A stretch of DNA of 64,000 bases, from the IMG/VR virus record IMGVR_UViG_3300022916_000005. One strand, given 5' to 3'. Below, in pieces: positions 31,190 to 40,566 of this stretch; the stretch's first letter is position 1, and each line of letters opens with the position of its first letter. The stretch is from a virus. Below the pieces are notes generated by a model, which was not told where the DNA came from, did no database searches, and saw only the letters and a program-made list of their open reading frames with translations. Both the position numbers and the translations under genes were made by a program.

Positions 31190-31986
31190 TCAAGCTATAT
31201 CAAATTTGGGCAGATGGCACCGTTATTTACGATGACGATCATGATACTCCAAAGCCTGACGGTTGTGCCATTGGTATCCCAGACAAGACAATCACTTGGT
31301 ATCAAAATGGCAAACTTCACCGCACTGACGGCCCTGCCATTGAATATGCCAATGGTGACAAATCTTGGTATCAAAATAGCAAACTTTACCGCATTGACGG
31401 CCCTGCCATTGAATATGCCAATGGTGACAAACATTGGTATCAAAATGGCAAGCGTCACCGCATTGACGGCCCTGCCGTTGAACATGCCAATGGTGACAAA
31501 TCTTGGTGTCAAAATGACAAGTGTCACCGCATTGACGGCCCTGCCGTTGAATTTGCCAATGGCGACAAATCTTGGTACATTGATGGCAAGTGTCACCGCA
31601 TTGACGGCCCTGCCATTGAACATGCCAATGGTGCCAAATATTGGTATCAAAATGACACACTTCACCGCATTGACGGCCCTGCCGCCATTTATGTCAATGG
31701 TACCAAACATTGGTTTCAAAATGGCAAATATCACCGCATTGACGGCCCTGCCCGCGAATATGCCAATGGTGGCAAAGAATGGTATCAAAATAACAAGCGT
31801 CACCGCATTGACGGCCCTGCCATTGAATCTGCCAATGGTGCCAAATTTTGGTATCAAAATAACAAGCGTCACCGCATTGACGGCCCTGCCATTGAACATG
31901 TCAATGGTGACAAATCTTGGTACATTGATGGGAAGCGCTATTCCGAGCATGACTACAACATCAAAATAAGGAAACTAAATGATTAA
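31186..31986 (+). CDS. MORN-like HRxDGPA repeat protein, class I (9 repeats)
   Basis: Nine 69-bp units. Confidence 0.88.
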   Translation: MIKLYQIWADGTVIYDDDHDTPKPDGCAIGIPDKTITWYQNGKLHRTDGPAIEYANGDKSWYQNSKLYRIDGPAIEYANGDKHWYQNGKRHRIDGPAVEHANGDKSWCQNDKCHRIDGPAVEFANGDKSWYIDGKCHRIDGPAIEHANGAKYWYQNDTLHRIDGPAAIYVNGTKHWFQNGKYHRIDGPAREYANGGKEWYQNNKRHRIDGPAIESANGAKFWYQNNKRHRIDGPAIEHVNGDKSWYIDGKRYSEHDYNIKIRKLND

Positions 31987-32386
31987 TAATGAAGTAAAAT
32001 GTTCTTTTAACCCAATTCCAAAGAGGAAGAGAGGGAAAGATCAAGAAACAAAAAAAGCAGGAAGGTACTTTCGTTCCATAATCCGTGTAAAAGGACTACA
32101 AGACAGCAAGTGGGCAATTCTTGCAAATCTTGATATTCCAGAGTTTAATAGCCTTCTTGAAGAAGGGCACACAAAGGAAGATATTGTCAAAGCAGGACTA
32201 AAATATCTTAACGAAGAGCAAATTCCAAAAACGAAGGATGGAACTCCAAAAAAGGGTGGCAAACTTCCTTATGGAAAAATCCAATTTTACAAGATGGTTC
32301 CAAATGATCAGGACAAAATTCAGTGTCTATTGACGACAAATAACAGAAGCAGTTCTCACTTTTGGGGAGAAGGGGTCAAATTGTAA
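31979..32386 (+). CDS. Hypothetical basic protein
   Basis: Coupled ORF. Confidence 0.55.
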   Translation: MINNEVKCSFNPIPKRKRGKDQETKKAGRYFRSIIRVKGLQDSKWAILANLDIPEFNSLLEEGHTKEDIVKAGLKYLNEEQIPKTKDGTPKKGGKLPYGKIQFYKMVPNDQDKIQCLLTTNNRSSSHFWGEGVKL

Positions 32387-32862
32387 TGATTGAGTCTTAC
32401 CAAATATGGGCAGATGGCACCGTCATTTATGATGACAATAATGACATTCCAAAGCCTGACGGTTGTGCCATTAGTATCCCAAGCAAGACAATCATTTGGT
32501 ATCAAAATGGCAAACATCACCGCATTGACGGCCCTGCCATTGAACATGCCAATGGTACCAAATATTGGTTTCAAAATGGCAAACTTCACCGCATTGACGG
32601 CCCTGCCCGCGAATATGCCAATGGTGACGAACTTTGGTATCAAAATGGCAAGCGTCACCGCATTGACGGCCCTGCCGTTGAATATGTCAATGGTGACAAA
32701 CATTGGTATCAAAATGGCAAGCGTCACCGCATTGACGGCCCTGCCGTTGAACGTGCCAATGGTGGCAAATATTGGTACATCGAAGGGATCAAATATTCCG
32801 AGCATGACTACAATATTAAAATCATTAATTTAAGCAAGGGCAAAAATAATGACTCACTATGA
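32386..32862 (+). CDS. MORN-like HRxDGPA repeat protein, class I (4 repeats)
   Basis: Repeats and N-cap. Confidence 0.85.
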   Translation: MIESYQIWADGTVIYDDNNDIPKPDGCAISIPSKTIIWYQNGKHHRIDGPAIEHANGTKYWFQNGKLHRIDGPAREYANGDELWYQNGKRHRIDGPAVEYVNGDKHWYQNGKRHRIDGPAVERANGGKYWYIEGIKYSEHDYNIKIINLSKGKNNDSL

Positions 32863-33445
32863 CACTTTAGAGATTAATGAAAACTCTTCCAAAAAAGAGA
32901 TCAAAAGTTCATACAAGAGACTTGCAAAGATCTATCATCCCGACAAAGATACCGGAGATGAAGAGACATTCAAAGAGATCAATGTTGCCTACACTATCTT
33001 GTCTGATGAGGAAAAGAGAAAACAATATGACAACCAACTGAATGTTGAGAAGTATCATGACTACCAAGAGCAAATGTTTCGAGAGAGAATTCAGAGAAAC
33101 AATAAACCGAAAGAGTGGAAACCCTCAACAGAAAAAGATGTCAAAATCAATTTAAGGACAGATGTTAAAGCTATTCAAGAAGGGTTTGAAGGAGAAGTTG
33201 AATACGTATTAAGAGTAATTTGTAAAGATTGTAATGGTGAAGGTGGAGAAGGAAAGAAAGACTGTGCTGATTGTAATGGAAGCGGAGTTGTCGTAAACTC
33301 TAATGGACCTTTCTTCCAAGCTTCAATGTGTCGCAAATGTGATGGCAAAGGGAAAACGTTTGACAATCCGTGCGATACCTGTTATACTACAGGAGTAACA
33401 ATGGAAAAACATACAATCAAATTTGATGTCAAAGAAAGGAAATAA
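32849..33445 (+). CDS. dnaJ: Compact DnaJ-like co-chaperone (J domain plus Zn finger)
   Basis: HPD motif; four CxxCxGxG-like motifs; lacks the G/F region and CTD-II. Confidence 0.85.
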   Translation: MTHYDTLEINENSSKKEIKSSYKRLAKIYHPDKDTGDEETFKEINVAYTILSDEEKRKQYDNQLNVEKYHDYQEQMFRERIQRNNKPKEWKPSTEKDVKINLRTDVKAIQEGFEGEVEYVLRVICKDCNGEGGEGKKDCADCNGSGVVVNSNGPFFQASMCRKCDGKGKTFDNPCDTCYTTGVTMEKHTIKFDVKERK

Positions 33446-33895
33446 ATGATCAAGCCATATCAAATTTGGGTAGATGGCACCGTCATTTACGATGACAATA
33501 AAGACATTCCAAAGCCTGACGGATGTGCCATTAGTATCCCAGACAAGACAATTAAATGGTATCAAAATGACAAACTTCACCGCACTGACGGCCCTGCCAT
33601 TGAATGTGCCAATGGTACCAAAATTTGGTATCAAAATGGCAAGTGTCACCGCATTGACGGCCCTGCCATTGAACATGCCAATGGTACCAAATATTGGTAT
33701 CAAAATGGCAAGTGTCACCGCATTGACGGCCCTGCCATTGAATATACCAATGGTGCCAAATTTTGGTATCAAAATAACAAGCGTCACCGCATTGACGGCC
33801 CTGCCATTGAATCTGCCAATGGTGACAAATCTTGGTACATTGATGGGAAGCGCTATTCCAAGCATGACTACAAAATTAAGATAAGTAACAAATGA
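33446..33895 (+). CDS. MORN-like HRxDGPA repeat protein, class I (4 repeats)
   Basis: Repeats and N-cap. Confidence 0.85.
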   Translation: MIKPYQIWVDGTVIYDDNKDIPKPDGCAISIPDKTIKWYQNDKLHRTDGPAIECANGTKIWYQNGKCHRIDGPAIEHANGTKYWYQNGKCHRIDGPAIEYTNGAKFWYQNNKRHRIDGPAIESANGDKSWYIDGKRYSKHDYKIKISNK

Positions 33896-34362
33896 ACATA
33901 GTTAATATTCGTCAACATTATCATTGTAGGGCAATTTTGTCAAAGGATTATACAATTGTTGATGCCTTTGGAGAAGGAAAAGGAGGGAAAGAAGAGGAAC
34001 ACTTTGACTTTTCAGATATTCAAAGAGAATACAATGACTTCCTAAATATTGTAAATGCAGCAGTTCCTTATGGATATGATTCATTTGATCTTCCAACTTT
34101 TCAGTTATTTTGGGAAGATCTGATCGGCACTGTTGGGTTTCATGTTGATGATTTTTTATATATTCTTGCAAGAAAGATGGGTGGGGATCTTACAATTTTA
34201 GTTCAAGATAAAGAGAAAGGAAGGTTGGAAACAATTGACAAATTCATTGAGCTAAATAAAGAGTTACGATATAATATTGATTCATTTGTCAATTATTTTG
34301 ATATTTGTGAAAAGACAAAAACAGAAAACACAACACTAAGAATGGGTTGGGATGAGCTTTAA
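33892..34362 (+). CDS. Hypothetical protein
   Basis: Coupled ORF. Confidence 0.55.
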   Translation: MNIVNIRQHYHCRAILSKDYTIVDAFGEGKGGKEEEHFDFSDIQREYNDFLNIVNAAVPYGYDSFDLPTFQLFWEDLIGTVGFHVDDFLYILARKMGGDLTILVQDKEKGRLETIDKFIELNKELRYNIDSFVNYFDICEKTKTENTTLRMGWDEL

Positions 34363-34597
34363 TAAAGTAAAGGAAGGATGTTTATATCGCTTTGCAGGAA
34401 CTAATCATACTTACTATTATTATGTTGTAAAACGAGAAGAAGCACGGTCTTTTCCCAATTCCAACATTCATGTTATTATCATTCATCCTAAAAAACATGG
34501 GTTGCTGAGTAGAGAATGCACCATTAAAGGATGTCCTTGTACGTCTACAATTGGAAAAGGTTCGCTATTTGAAATTGACAGTGTTTTAATGGCATGA
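34352..34597 (+). CDS. Small hypothetical protein (KVGD-like)
   Basis: KEGCLY..YYYVV..GSLFE. Confidence 0.5.
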   Translation: MSFNKVKEGCLYRFAGTNHTYYYYVVKREEARSFPNSNIHVIIIHPKKHGLLSRECTIKGCPCTSTIGKGSLFEIDSVLMA

Positions 34598-34639
34598 TAT
34601 GATACAAGCAAGAAGAGAAAAAGAAGGAGAAAATAAATA

Positions 34640-35332
34640 ATGGCATGTAGTATTTGTGGTCAGAAAGGTCATAACAAAACAAAATGCCCACACGTTTCAG
34701 AAGAACAAAGAAAGGAATTGTCAATTCGTAGGTGTGGATATTGCAGAGAAGAAGGACATACAAGACTAAAGTGTAAGGCTTTAAAAGAAGATCTAAAAGG
34801 CTTACACGATTACGAAAGATTAGCAAGAAGTGCAATGAAAAGTTTGATGATCGAAAAAGGGGTTGGAGCGGGGACAATCGTGTCATTGACAAAGCAATGG
34901 CCAAATCAAGATCCCAACTTAAGGGATAACTATATCATTTCCCATATCGAATGGAGCAAAATCTTATTTAAAGATGCTTCAAGAAGTTGGGGATCAGTAA
35001 ACTCAATCATTTTGAAGAAATTTGAGGATAAATCTATAAGAAGAGTTGCACTTCGTTTGTTTTTTGGCACTTCAGATTTTTTAAGAATTATTGTGCCTTT
35101 GTCTGAAAGACAGGTAGAGATTCAAATTCCGAGTAATTGGGAAAGTATCGTTCAGATTGAAGACAGATATTTTGAAACATATTTTAATTACAAGAAGAGA
35201 GAAAGAAATACACTTTATAAGTGGTGGGAATCTGTGCAGTTTTCGTCAGAAATGCAAAGGAGAACTCATATTGTAGAGGGGCTTTTGTCTGTCGAAAATT
35301 ATCCTTGCAAGTTCCTCAAGACTAATGTATAA
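34640..35332 (+). CDS. Protein with two CCHC zinc knuckles
   Basis: CSICGQKGHNKTKC and CGYCREEGHTRLKC. Confidence 0.75.
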   Translation: MACSICGQKGHNKTKCPHVSEEQRKELSIRRCGYCREEGHTRLKCKALKEDLKGLHDYERLARSAMKSLMIEKGVGAGTIVSLTKQWPNQDPNLRDNYIISHIEWSKILFKDASRSWGSVNSIILKKFEDKSIRRVALRLFFGTSDFLRIIVPLSERQVEIQIPSNWESIVQIEDRYFETYFNYKKRERNTLYKWWESVQFSSEMQRRTHIVEGLLSVENYPCKFLKTNV

Positions 35333-35649
35333 TGTATCTAGAAGTCGAGGGGGTTTAAAATGGTAGCTGCAGCGTTGCTGTTACTTCTCATTGTTGTTGT
35401 TTATTAGGTGGTGGAATTTTTCCCTTGACCATCTGGCAAGGATGGGGTATAATGGGGTACACCAAATGAGGGAAGGGGTTGAAAATGATTGAGAATTTGA
35501 TGTTGCGATGTTGGTTTGGATGCCCGGCAATTTTACGTTGTACGTATCTTCATCTCATGGTATCATGTATCTAGAAGTTGAGGGGATGGGTTGACAGGGT
35601 GTTGACTCGTTGTGGTTGATTGGTTCAAGAAAGAAAAGGAAGAATAAAA

Positions 35650-36870
35650 ATGGCTGGTATTAGTTTCAAGGCATTTCATGCAAGCGTTCGTGACGTGATT
35701 GAGTTCCCCGTACTTATCCGTGGTGCTCACGGAATCGGTAAGTCTGAGGTTGTCTATGCGTTTGCCCGAGATACAGCATATGACGAAGAGACGGGGCGAC
35801 CTGTCGTTTTGGTTGACGGGATGACTCCGTACTCTGTGGTGGAGCGACGAGCGTCACAAATGACGGAAGGTGACTTGATTGGTATGCCAGATGCCAATCC
35901 TGATCTTTCTCCAATCCTCCAGTACAAGACTACTGCGTGGTGTGCTCCCGACTGGCTCGTCGAGGCTTGTGAGAAGCCTGTCCTACTCTTCCTTGACGAG
36001 GTTGACCGAGCGACGACAGAGGTACGGCAGGGCTTGTTCGAGCTTGCCGACTCTCGGAAGATCTATGGCAAAAAGTTGCACAAAGGAACGATGATCTTTG
36101 CAGCAGTCAATGGCGGGCAGAATGGCGACGCCTATCAGGTGAATGACATGGACCCTGCCGAGCTTGACCGTTGGACCGTGTTTGATGTCGATCCTACCGT
36201 TGAGGACTGGCTCAACTGGGCGAAGGATGATGGAAAGGGTAATCGTCGGATTAGTCCTGTCATCTACGACTTCATCGTTCACAACAACGGACACTTGGAG
36301 CACAATGGGGCTTATGATCCGAAGAATGTGTATCCTTCTCGCCGGTCTTGGGATCGGCTTGACAGGGCACTGAAGTTGAACGGGCTCATTGACGATGTTC
36401 TCGAAAACAAGGACGCTCATATCGTGCGTGTCGTCAACATCGCCACCGGCTTTGTTGGATTCGAGGCTGCGATGTCCTTCTCGGACCATATCCGAAAGTA
36501 CAAGTCGGTTGTCAAGTTCGAGGATATTCTTGATAGGGGCAAGTTCGAGTTGACCAAGGATTTCCTCTTGAACGATCACTTGGCGATGATTGACAAGATG
36601 GATGCGGCCAAAGTCTTCGAGAGTAACATCCCCGAGGCTCGGATGAAGAACTTGTGCGAGTACTTTGTCAGCCTTCCTTCCGAGATCGGAATGAAGCTCA
36701 CCGACTTGTTGATGGCCAAGGATACCTTGGATGTCAGCGGGAAGGATGGGGATGGAAACATTCGGAGGTTCATGAACACCGAGACGAGCAAGGGGCTTAC
36801 CCACAAGATCTTCGTCGAAGTGCTCCTTGGAGAACAGTCCAAGAAGGAGAATGAAGATAAGAGCGAGTAG
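35650..36870 (+). CDS. MoxR/dynein-related AAA+ ATPase
   Basis: GAHGIGKS Walker A, LFLDEVDRA Walker B, AAVN, MDPA..DRW, PSRRSW. Confidence 0.88.
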   Translation: MAGISFKAFHASVRDVIEFPVLIRGAHGIGKSEVVYAFARDTAYDEETGRPVVLVDGMTPYSVVERRASQMTEGDLIGMPDANPDLSPILQYKTTAWCAPDWLVEACEKPVLLFLDEVDRATTEVRQGLFELADSRKIYGKKLHKGTMIFAAVNGGQNGDAYQVNDMDPAELDRWTVFDVDPTVEDWLNWAKDDGKGNRRISPVIYDFIVHNNGHLEHNGAYDPKNVYPSRRSWDRLDRALKLNGLIDDVLENKDAHIVRVVNIATGFVGFEAAMSFSDHIRKYKSVVKFEDILDRGKFELTKDFLLNDHLAMIDKMDAAKVFESNIPEARMKNLCEYFVSLPSEIGMKLTDLLMAKDTLDVSGKDGDGNIRRFMNTETSKGLTHKIFVEVLLGEQSKKENEDKSE

Positions 36871-36880
36871 TAACTATTTC

Positions 36881-36931
36881 CCCGTACAGATGGAAAGGGC
36901 AACATTATAGTGCAACATTCATCTGTACGGG
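36881..36931 (+). terminator. 14-bp stem-loop between the AAA gene and tRNA-Asn (terminator or processing stem)
   Basis: CCCGTACAGATGGA / TTCATCTGTACGGG followed by CATTTT. Confidence 0.45.
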
Positions 36932-36938
36932 CATTTTC

Positions 36939-37011
36939 TGATCCATATCCCAATTGGCAGGGAGCTTCACTGTTAATGAAGAGGTTGTTAGTTCGAGTCT
37001 AACTGGATCAG
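36939..37011 (+). tRNA. tRNA-Asn(GTT)
   Basis: TGATCCA/TGGATCA acceptor, CTTCA-CTGTTAA-TGAAG, TTCGA T-loop. Confidence 0.9.
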
Positions 37012-37013
37012 CC

Positions 37014-37715
37014 TTAAATTCTTTTTGGGATTTCTTTTAAAGAGATAAGTTCGTGATCGAATTCCCAATGACAATTACGACACAAGACTAATAAATTTGA
37101 AGGATCGTTTACTTCTTTTATAAGGGCCTCGTCAGGATATGAAGAAACTGGCTTGATGTGACACAATTCGATGTGTTTATCATACCCACAATTTTGACAA
37201 GGTTGTTTTGTAAGTGACTTGTTCCAAGATCGACAAAAGGCCCTGACATGAGCGTGAGCCCAAGAAGGATGTTTGTCTTTAACAGATGATGTTTCTCTAT
37301 ATTTTTTGATAGGAGTGTTCTTTGTTTTTTCTTTTGTGCTATTATGAGTACAATCGATGCAAATTCCGCTCTTATTTCTAGAAGGGTCTCTTGAGATTTC
37401 TTTGTTACATTGAGTACAATATCTCTTTGGTAAGTTTGGTCCTCTTTTTCTTGTTTGTCTAATTGTTCTTTGGTCTAGCTCTTCCTTTTGTTTGGACTTG
37501 CACGAAGAACATACGATTCTTTGGTCTTTGTAGTTTTTTCTATCAACAGGATTCCCGCAATGAGTGCATGTAATTGTTTTTAATTTGCACTTTGGATATT
37601 TTTTGTTATTATAGGAGGCAGCACAACTACGGTTACAAAAGTGATTGGGGGATTTTCTAATTTCAGTATCGCTTTTATCAAATTCGGTTCCACAATGAAG
37701 ACAGGTTACTAACAT
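37014..37715 (-). CDS. HNH homing endonuclease with Zn-finger repeats
   Basis: Multiple CxxC, CHIKP, NLLVLCRNCHWEFD. Confidence 0.85.
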   Translation of the reverse strand: MLVTCLHCGTEFDKSDTEIRKSPNHFCNRSCAASYNNKKYPKCKLKTITCTHCGNPVDRKNYKDQRIVCSSCKSKQKEELDQRTIRQTRKRGPNLPKRYCTQCNKEISRDPSRNKSGICIDCTHNSTKEKTKNTPIKKYRETSSVKDKHPSWAHAHVRAFCRSWNKSLTKQPCQNCGYDKHIELCHIKPVSSYPDEALIKEVNDPSNLLVLCRNCHWEFDHELISLKEIPKRI

Positions 37716-37787
37716 ATTATATTTTCCTTTTGTTGTTATATAGTAAATAGTTTGCAATAAAGGAAACGACCTAACATTTTTACTTAT

Positions 37788-37860
37788 GCCCTCGTTGTCT
37801 AATGGATAAGGCCCTGCGCTTCTATCGCAGTTTTTGAAGGTTCGAGTCCTTCCGAGGGTA
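37788..37860 (+). tRNA. tRNA-Arg(TCT)
   Basis: GCCCTCG/CGAGGGT acceptor, CTGCG-CTTCTAT-CGCAG, GAAGG-TTCGAGT-CCTTC. Confidence 0.88.
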
Positions 37861-37961
37861 CTCTAAGTCGTTGATATCATTACACATTTTCCCATTGACA
37901 ATTGGTTCCACTCGTGGTAAGATGTGTATACCAAGTGAGGGACAACATCACCGAGGACAAA

Positions 37962-38523
37962 ATGAAAAGTATCTTATCATATCTATTAGGAGCAGCAACG
38001 ACTTCTTCTGTGTTTCTGGCGGTAATGTTTGGAGTGCTTGGACAACTTACGACACTTTTATGGATATTAGCAGCAATGTTTGTAATACTTTCGTTCTCAT
38101 TTCTGGTAAAGTATATCGACAAGAAGTATCAAGAAGAAGAAGGTAATTAAATGTTGAACAAGGTTGTGTGTGCATTTACACTAGTTTTCATCGCACTAAT
38201 TGCTCTCAATTTTGGAATCGCCTTATTGTGGTATGCATTCCCCGCAGTAAAGACGCTTCCATATAGTGTTGCGGTCTCTAGTATCTCGGCGGGATTTCTG
38301 GTATCACTTGCTGTAGATTCTCCTTTCAGGAGGTAATTAAATGTTGAACAAGGTTGTCTTCGTTATCGCACTTTTGGTAATTTGTCTTTGTGCGTTTATA
38401 TTTGGGTTGATGATATTGGTTATGGTATTCCCAGTAATTGAAACAATACCATATTCAAGTCTGGTGGTTGGATTTTTAATTGGAACAATGTTGTCAATGG
38501 TAGTTCCTTGGCATCGAGAATAG
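37962..38523 (+). other. Three small two-TM membrane proteins (37962-38150, 38151-38336, 38341-38523)
   Basis: Hydrophobic ORFs; the last two share GGTAATTAAATGTTGAACAAGGTTGT. Confidence 0.6.
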
Positions 38524-38637
38524 AGATCATATTAAATGAAGTTACCCTTATTGTATGGGGTGGGCGAGGTATATATAAGGTGCCTTGCACGATAGATGGG
38601 TGGTTATCTATCACATTTTCATCATCGAGAACAAAAA

Positions 38638-38826
38638 ATGGAACAAAACATCAGAGTAGGAACAATCATCTATCACAAAACAAATAAACAATATGGTGTT
38701 GTTTATAAGATAGATAATTACAGTCGTACTGTGCGGATTTTGTGGGGAAAATCCAAATTCTTGGTAGGGCATTCTATTAGGTGTCTTTACGAGTATCATA
38801 ACTATTATCAAATCATCATCGAATAA
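38638..38826 (+). CDS. Small KVGD-family hypothetical protein
   Basis: IRVGTIIYH..YGVV. Confidence 0.55.
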   Translation: MEQNIRVGTIIYHKTNKQYGVVYKIDNYSRTVRILWGKSKFLVGHSIRCLYEYHNYYQIIIE

Positions 38827-38892
38827 TTTTCCATTGACCATCCAGGTAGGATGTGCTATTATAGGGTACACCAATTGAGGAGTATTTTCAAG

Positions 38893-39243
38893 ATGAAGTA
38901 TGAAAAGGAAATCCATGAAGCTATGGATAATGAAAAGTTTGGATTTCTTAGCGGGCTTTCGTTAAAAGAACAAGAAGAAGTTGTCAATGATTTTATTGAT
39001 CTAAAGATTTCGAGCCGAAAAGACTTGACAGACAAGCAGTTTGTCAATCTTGCAGAACTATATGTTCGTTTGACAAAAGATCTTTCAATCAAATTTATGG
39101 ACAGCTTTTTGCAAACTCCTTCTCTTACTTTTAAAGAAATTGTTCATAATGTTTCTCGACTCATGAGGGTTCAAACTACCCTCGGTATTTGCCATACAAT
39201 TTATGTCGAGAGAACTTTCGATCCGAAATTCATCATCGAATAG
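38893..39243 (+). CDS. Stand-alone paralog of the C-terminal domain of the 35650 AAA ATPase
   Basis: NLAELYVRL..LSIKF vs NLCEYFVSL..IGMKL; NVSRLM..T..G..H.IYVE vs NIRRFM..T..G..H.IFVE. Confidence 0.6.
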   Translation: MKYEKEIHEAMDNEKFGFLSGLSLKEQEEVVNDFIDLKISSRKDLTDKQFVNLAELYVRLTKDLSIKFMDSFLQTPSLTFKEIVHNVSRLMRVQTTLGICHTIYVERTFDPKFIIE

Positions 39244-39309
39244 TTTCCCATTGACCATCCAGGTAGGATGTGCTATTATAGGGTACACCAATTGAGACAG
39301 AGGCAGAAC

Positions 39310-40560
39310 ATGGCTTACGATCTTCAGAAAAGCATTTACTCTTTACTTAGGGACCAGCCCTTTTTTAGTGTCTTCTCTCGCATGGTCGAGAAGAAGGCAA
39401 CCAAAGGGATCCCAACGGCAGGAGTACGAGTAACTAATGATGGTTATTTCGAGATGGCATACAATCCCGACTTCTTTGAGAACATTGGGGGAGAAGGGGT
39501 TAGTGAGGAAGTTCGTGATCGATATCGCAAGGGCGTTTTGATGCACGAATTCTATCACATCATTCTTGGTCACATTACAACTCGCAGGCCAGGAGAGAAG
39601 GATGATGCTCATACTGCCAAGTTGTGGAATTATGCCACAGACATGGCAATCAACTCCCACATCCCTAATGAGCTACCTGATTTTGCGCTTCTTCCTGGGC
39701 GTGGTCCGTTTGCGGACTTCCCAACTATGCAAAGTTCCGAGTTCTACTACAACAAGATTCGAGAGATGTCAGACGAAGAGCAGAAGAACAAGATGGGAGA
39801 AGGTGAAGAAGGCCAGATGGACGATCATGGCGAGTGGGGAGAAGGAAATGGGAATGGAGAAGGAGAAGGAAAAGAAGGTAATGGGCCTGTTACTGACGGG
39901 AGCACTTTGAAGGAAATGGCAGAAAATCGCCTGAAGGAGATGTTGAAGAAGTCCACTCAGGAAGTATCACAGTCTTCGCAGGGTTGGGGAAATATCAGTC
40001 AGGAAATCCAGAAGCACATTATGGATATGATTCGTCCTGCCGTTGTTGATTGGGCTCGCTATCTTCGATACTTTGTCAAGAAGTCGCAAAGGACAAGTAG
40101 GCGAAGCACTGTAAGGCGATTGAGTAGGCGAACGCCTTACATCCATCCTGGAAAGGTCGTCAAGCGACAGGCAAAGATCGCTGTTAGCATTGATCAGTCT
40201 GGCTCTGTTGATGATCTGTTGCTTGCCAAGTTCTTCAATGAACTCAACGGCTTGGCAGAACACGCAGACTTCACCGTAGTTCCTTTCGATCATGTTGTCC
40301 AGACGGATGAGGTTTTTGAGTGGAAGCAGGGGAAAAAGATGATGCCGAAGCGCGTTAGTTGTGGAGGTACAGATTTTGACGCTCCTACAGATTATGTCAA
40401 TGGTCTTGTCTTTGATGGGCATATCGTCTTGACAGATATGTATGCGCCTAAGCCTGGGCCGTCAAAATGTCAGAGAATGTGGATTGTACCAATGGAACAG
40501 AAGGAGCGTCCTTTCTTTGATACCAATGAAGTAAAGATTTATATTCCACACGATATGTAG
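39310..40560 (+). CDS. DUF2201-type metallopeptidase plus vWA domain protein (MoxR partner)
   Basis: HEFYH (HExxH), N.ATD.AIN, DQSGS MIDAS, GGTDF, LTD. Confidence 0.85.
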   Translation: MAYDLQKSIYSLLRDQPFFSVFSRMVEKKATKGIPTAGVRVTNDGYFEMAYNPDFFENIGGEGVSEEVRDRYRKGVLMHEFYHIILGHITTRRPGEKDDAHTAKLWNYATDMAINSHIPNELPDFALLPGRGPFADFPTMQSSEFYYNKIREMSDEEQKNKMGEGEEGQMDDHGEWGEGNGNGEGEGKEGNGPVTDGSTLKEMAENRLKEMLKKSTQEVSQSSQGWGNISQEIQKHIMDMIRPAVVDWARYLRYFVKKSQRTSRRSTVRRLSRRTPYIHPGKVVKRQAKIAVSIDQSGSVDDLLLAKFFNELNGLAEHADFTVVPFDHVVQTDEVFEWKQGKKMMPKRVSCGGTDFDAPTDYVNGLVFDGHIVLTDMYAPKPGPSKCQRMWIVPMEQKERPFFDTNEVKIYIPHDM

Positions 40561-40566
40561 GGAAAG

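Noticed and set aside
31318-31935. CRISPR array
   Set aside because: The repeats are in-frame coding units with no unique spacers, and no cas genes are present.
31195-31969. Long alternative-frame and antisense ORFs over the repeats ([13 protein letters not shown]..., FNGRAVNAV..., also 59054-60154 minus)
   Set aside because: Shadow ORFs: NNY codon usage in the real frame prevents stops in these frames, and they have no independent RBS or promoter.
35983-36804. 273-aa minus-strand ORF
   Set aside because: Antisense shadow of the GC-rich AAA gene.
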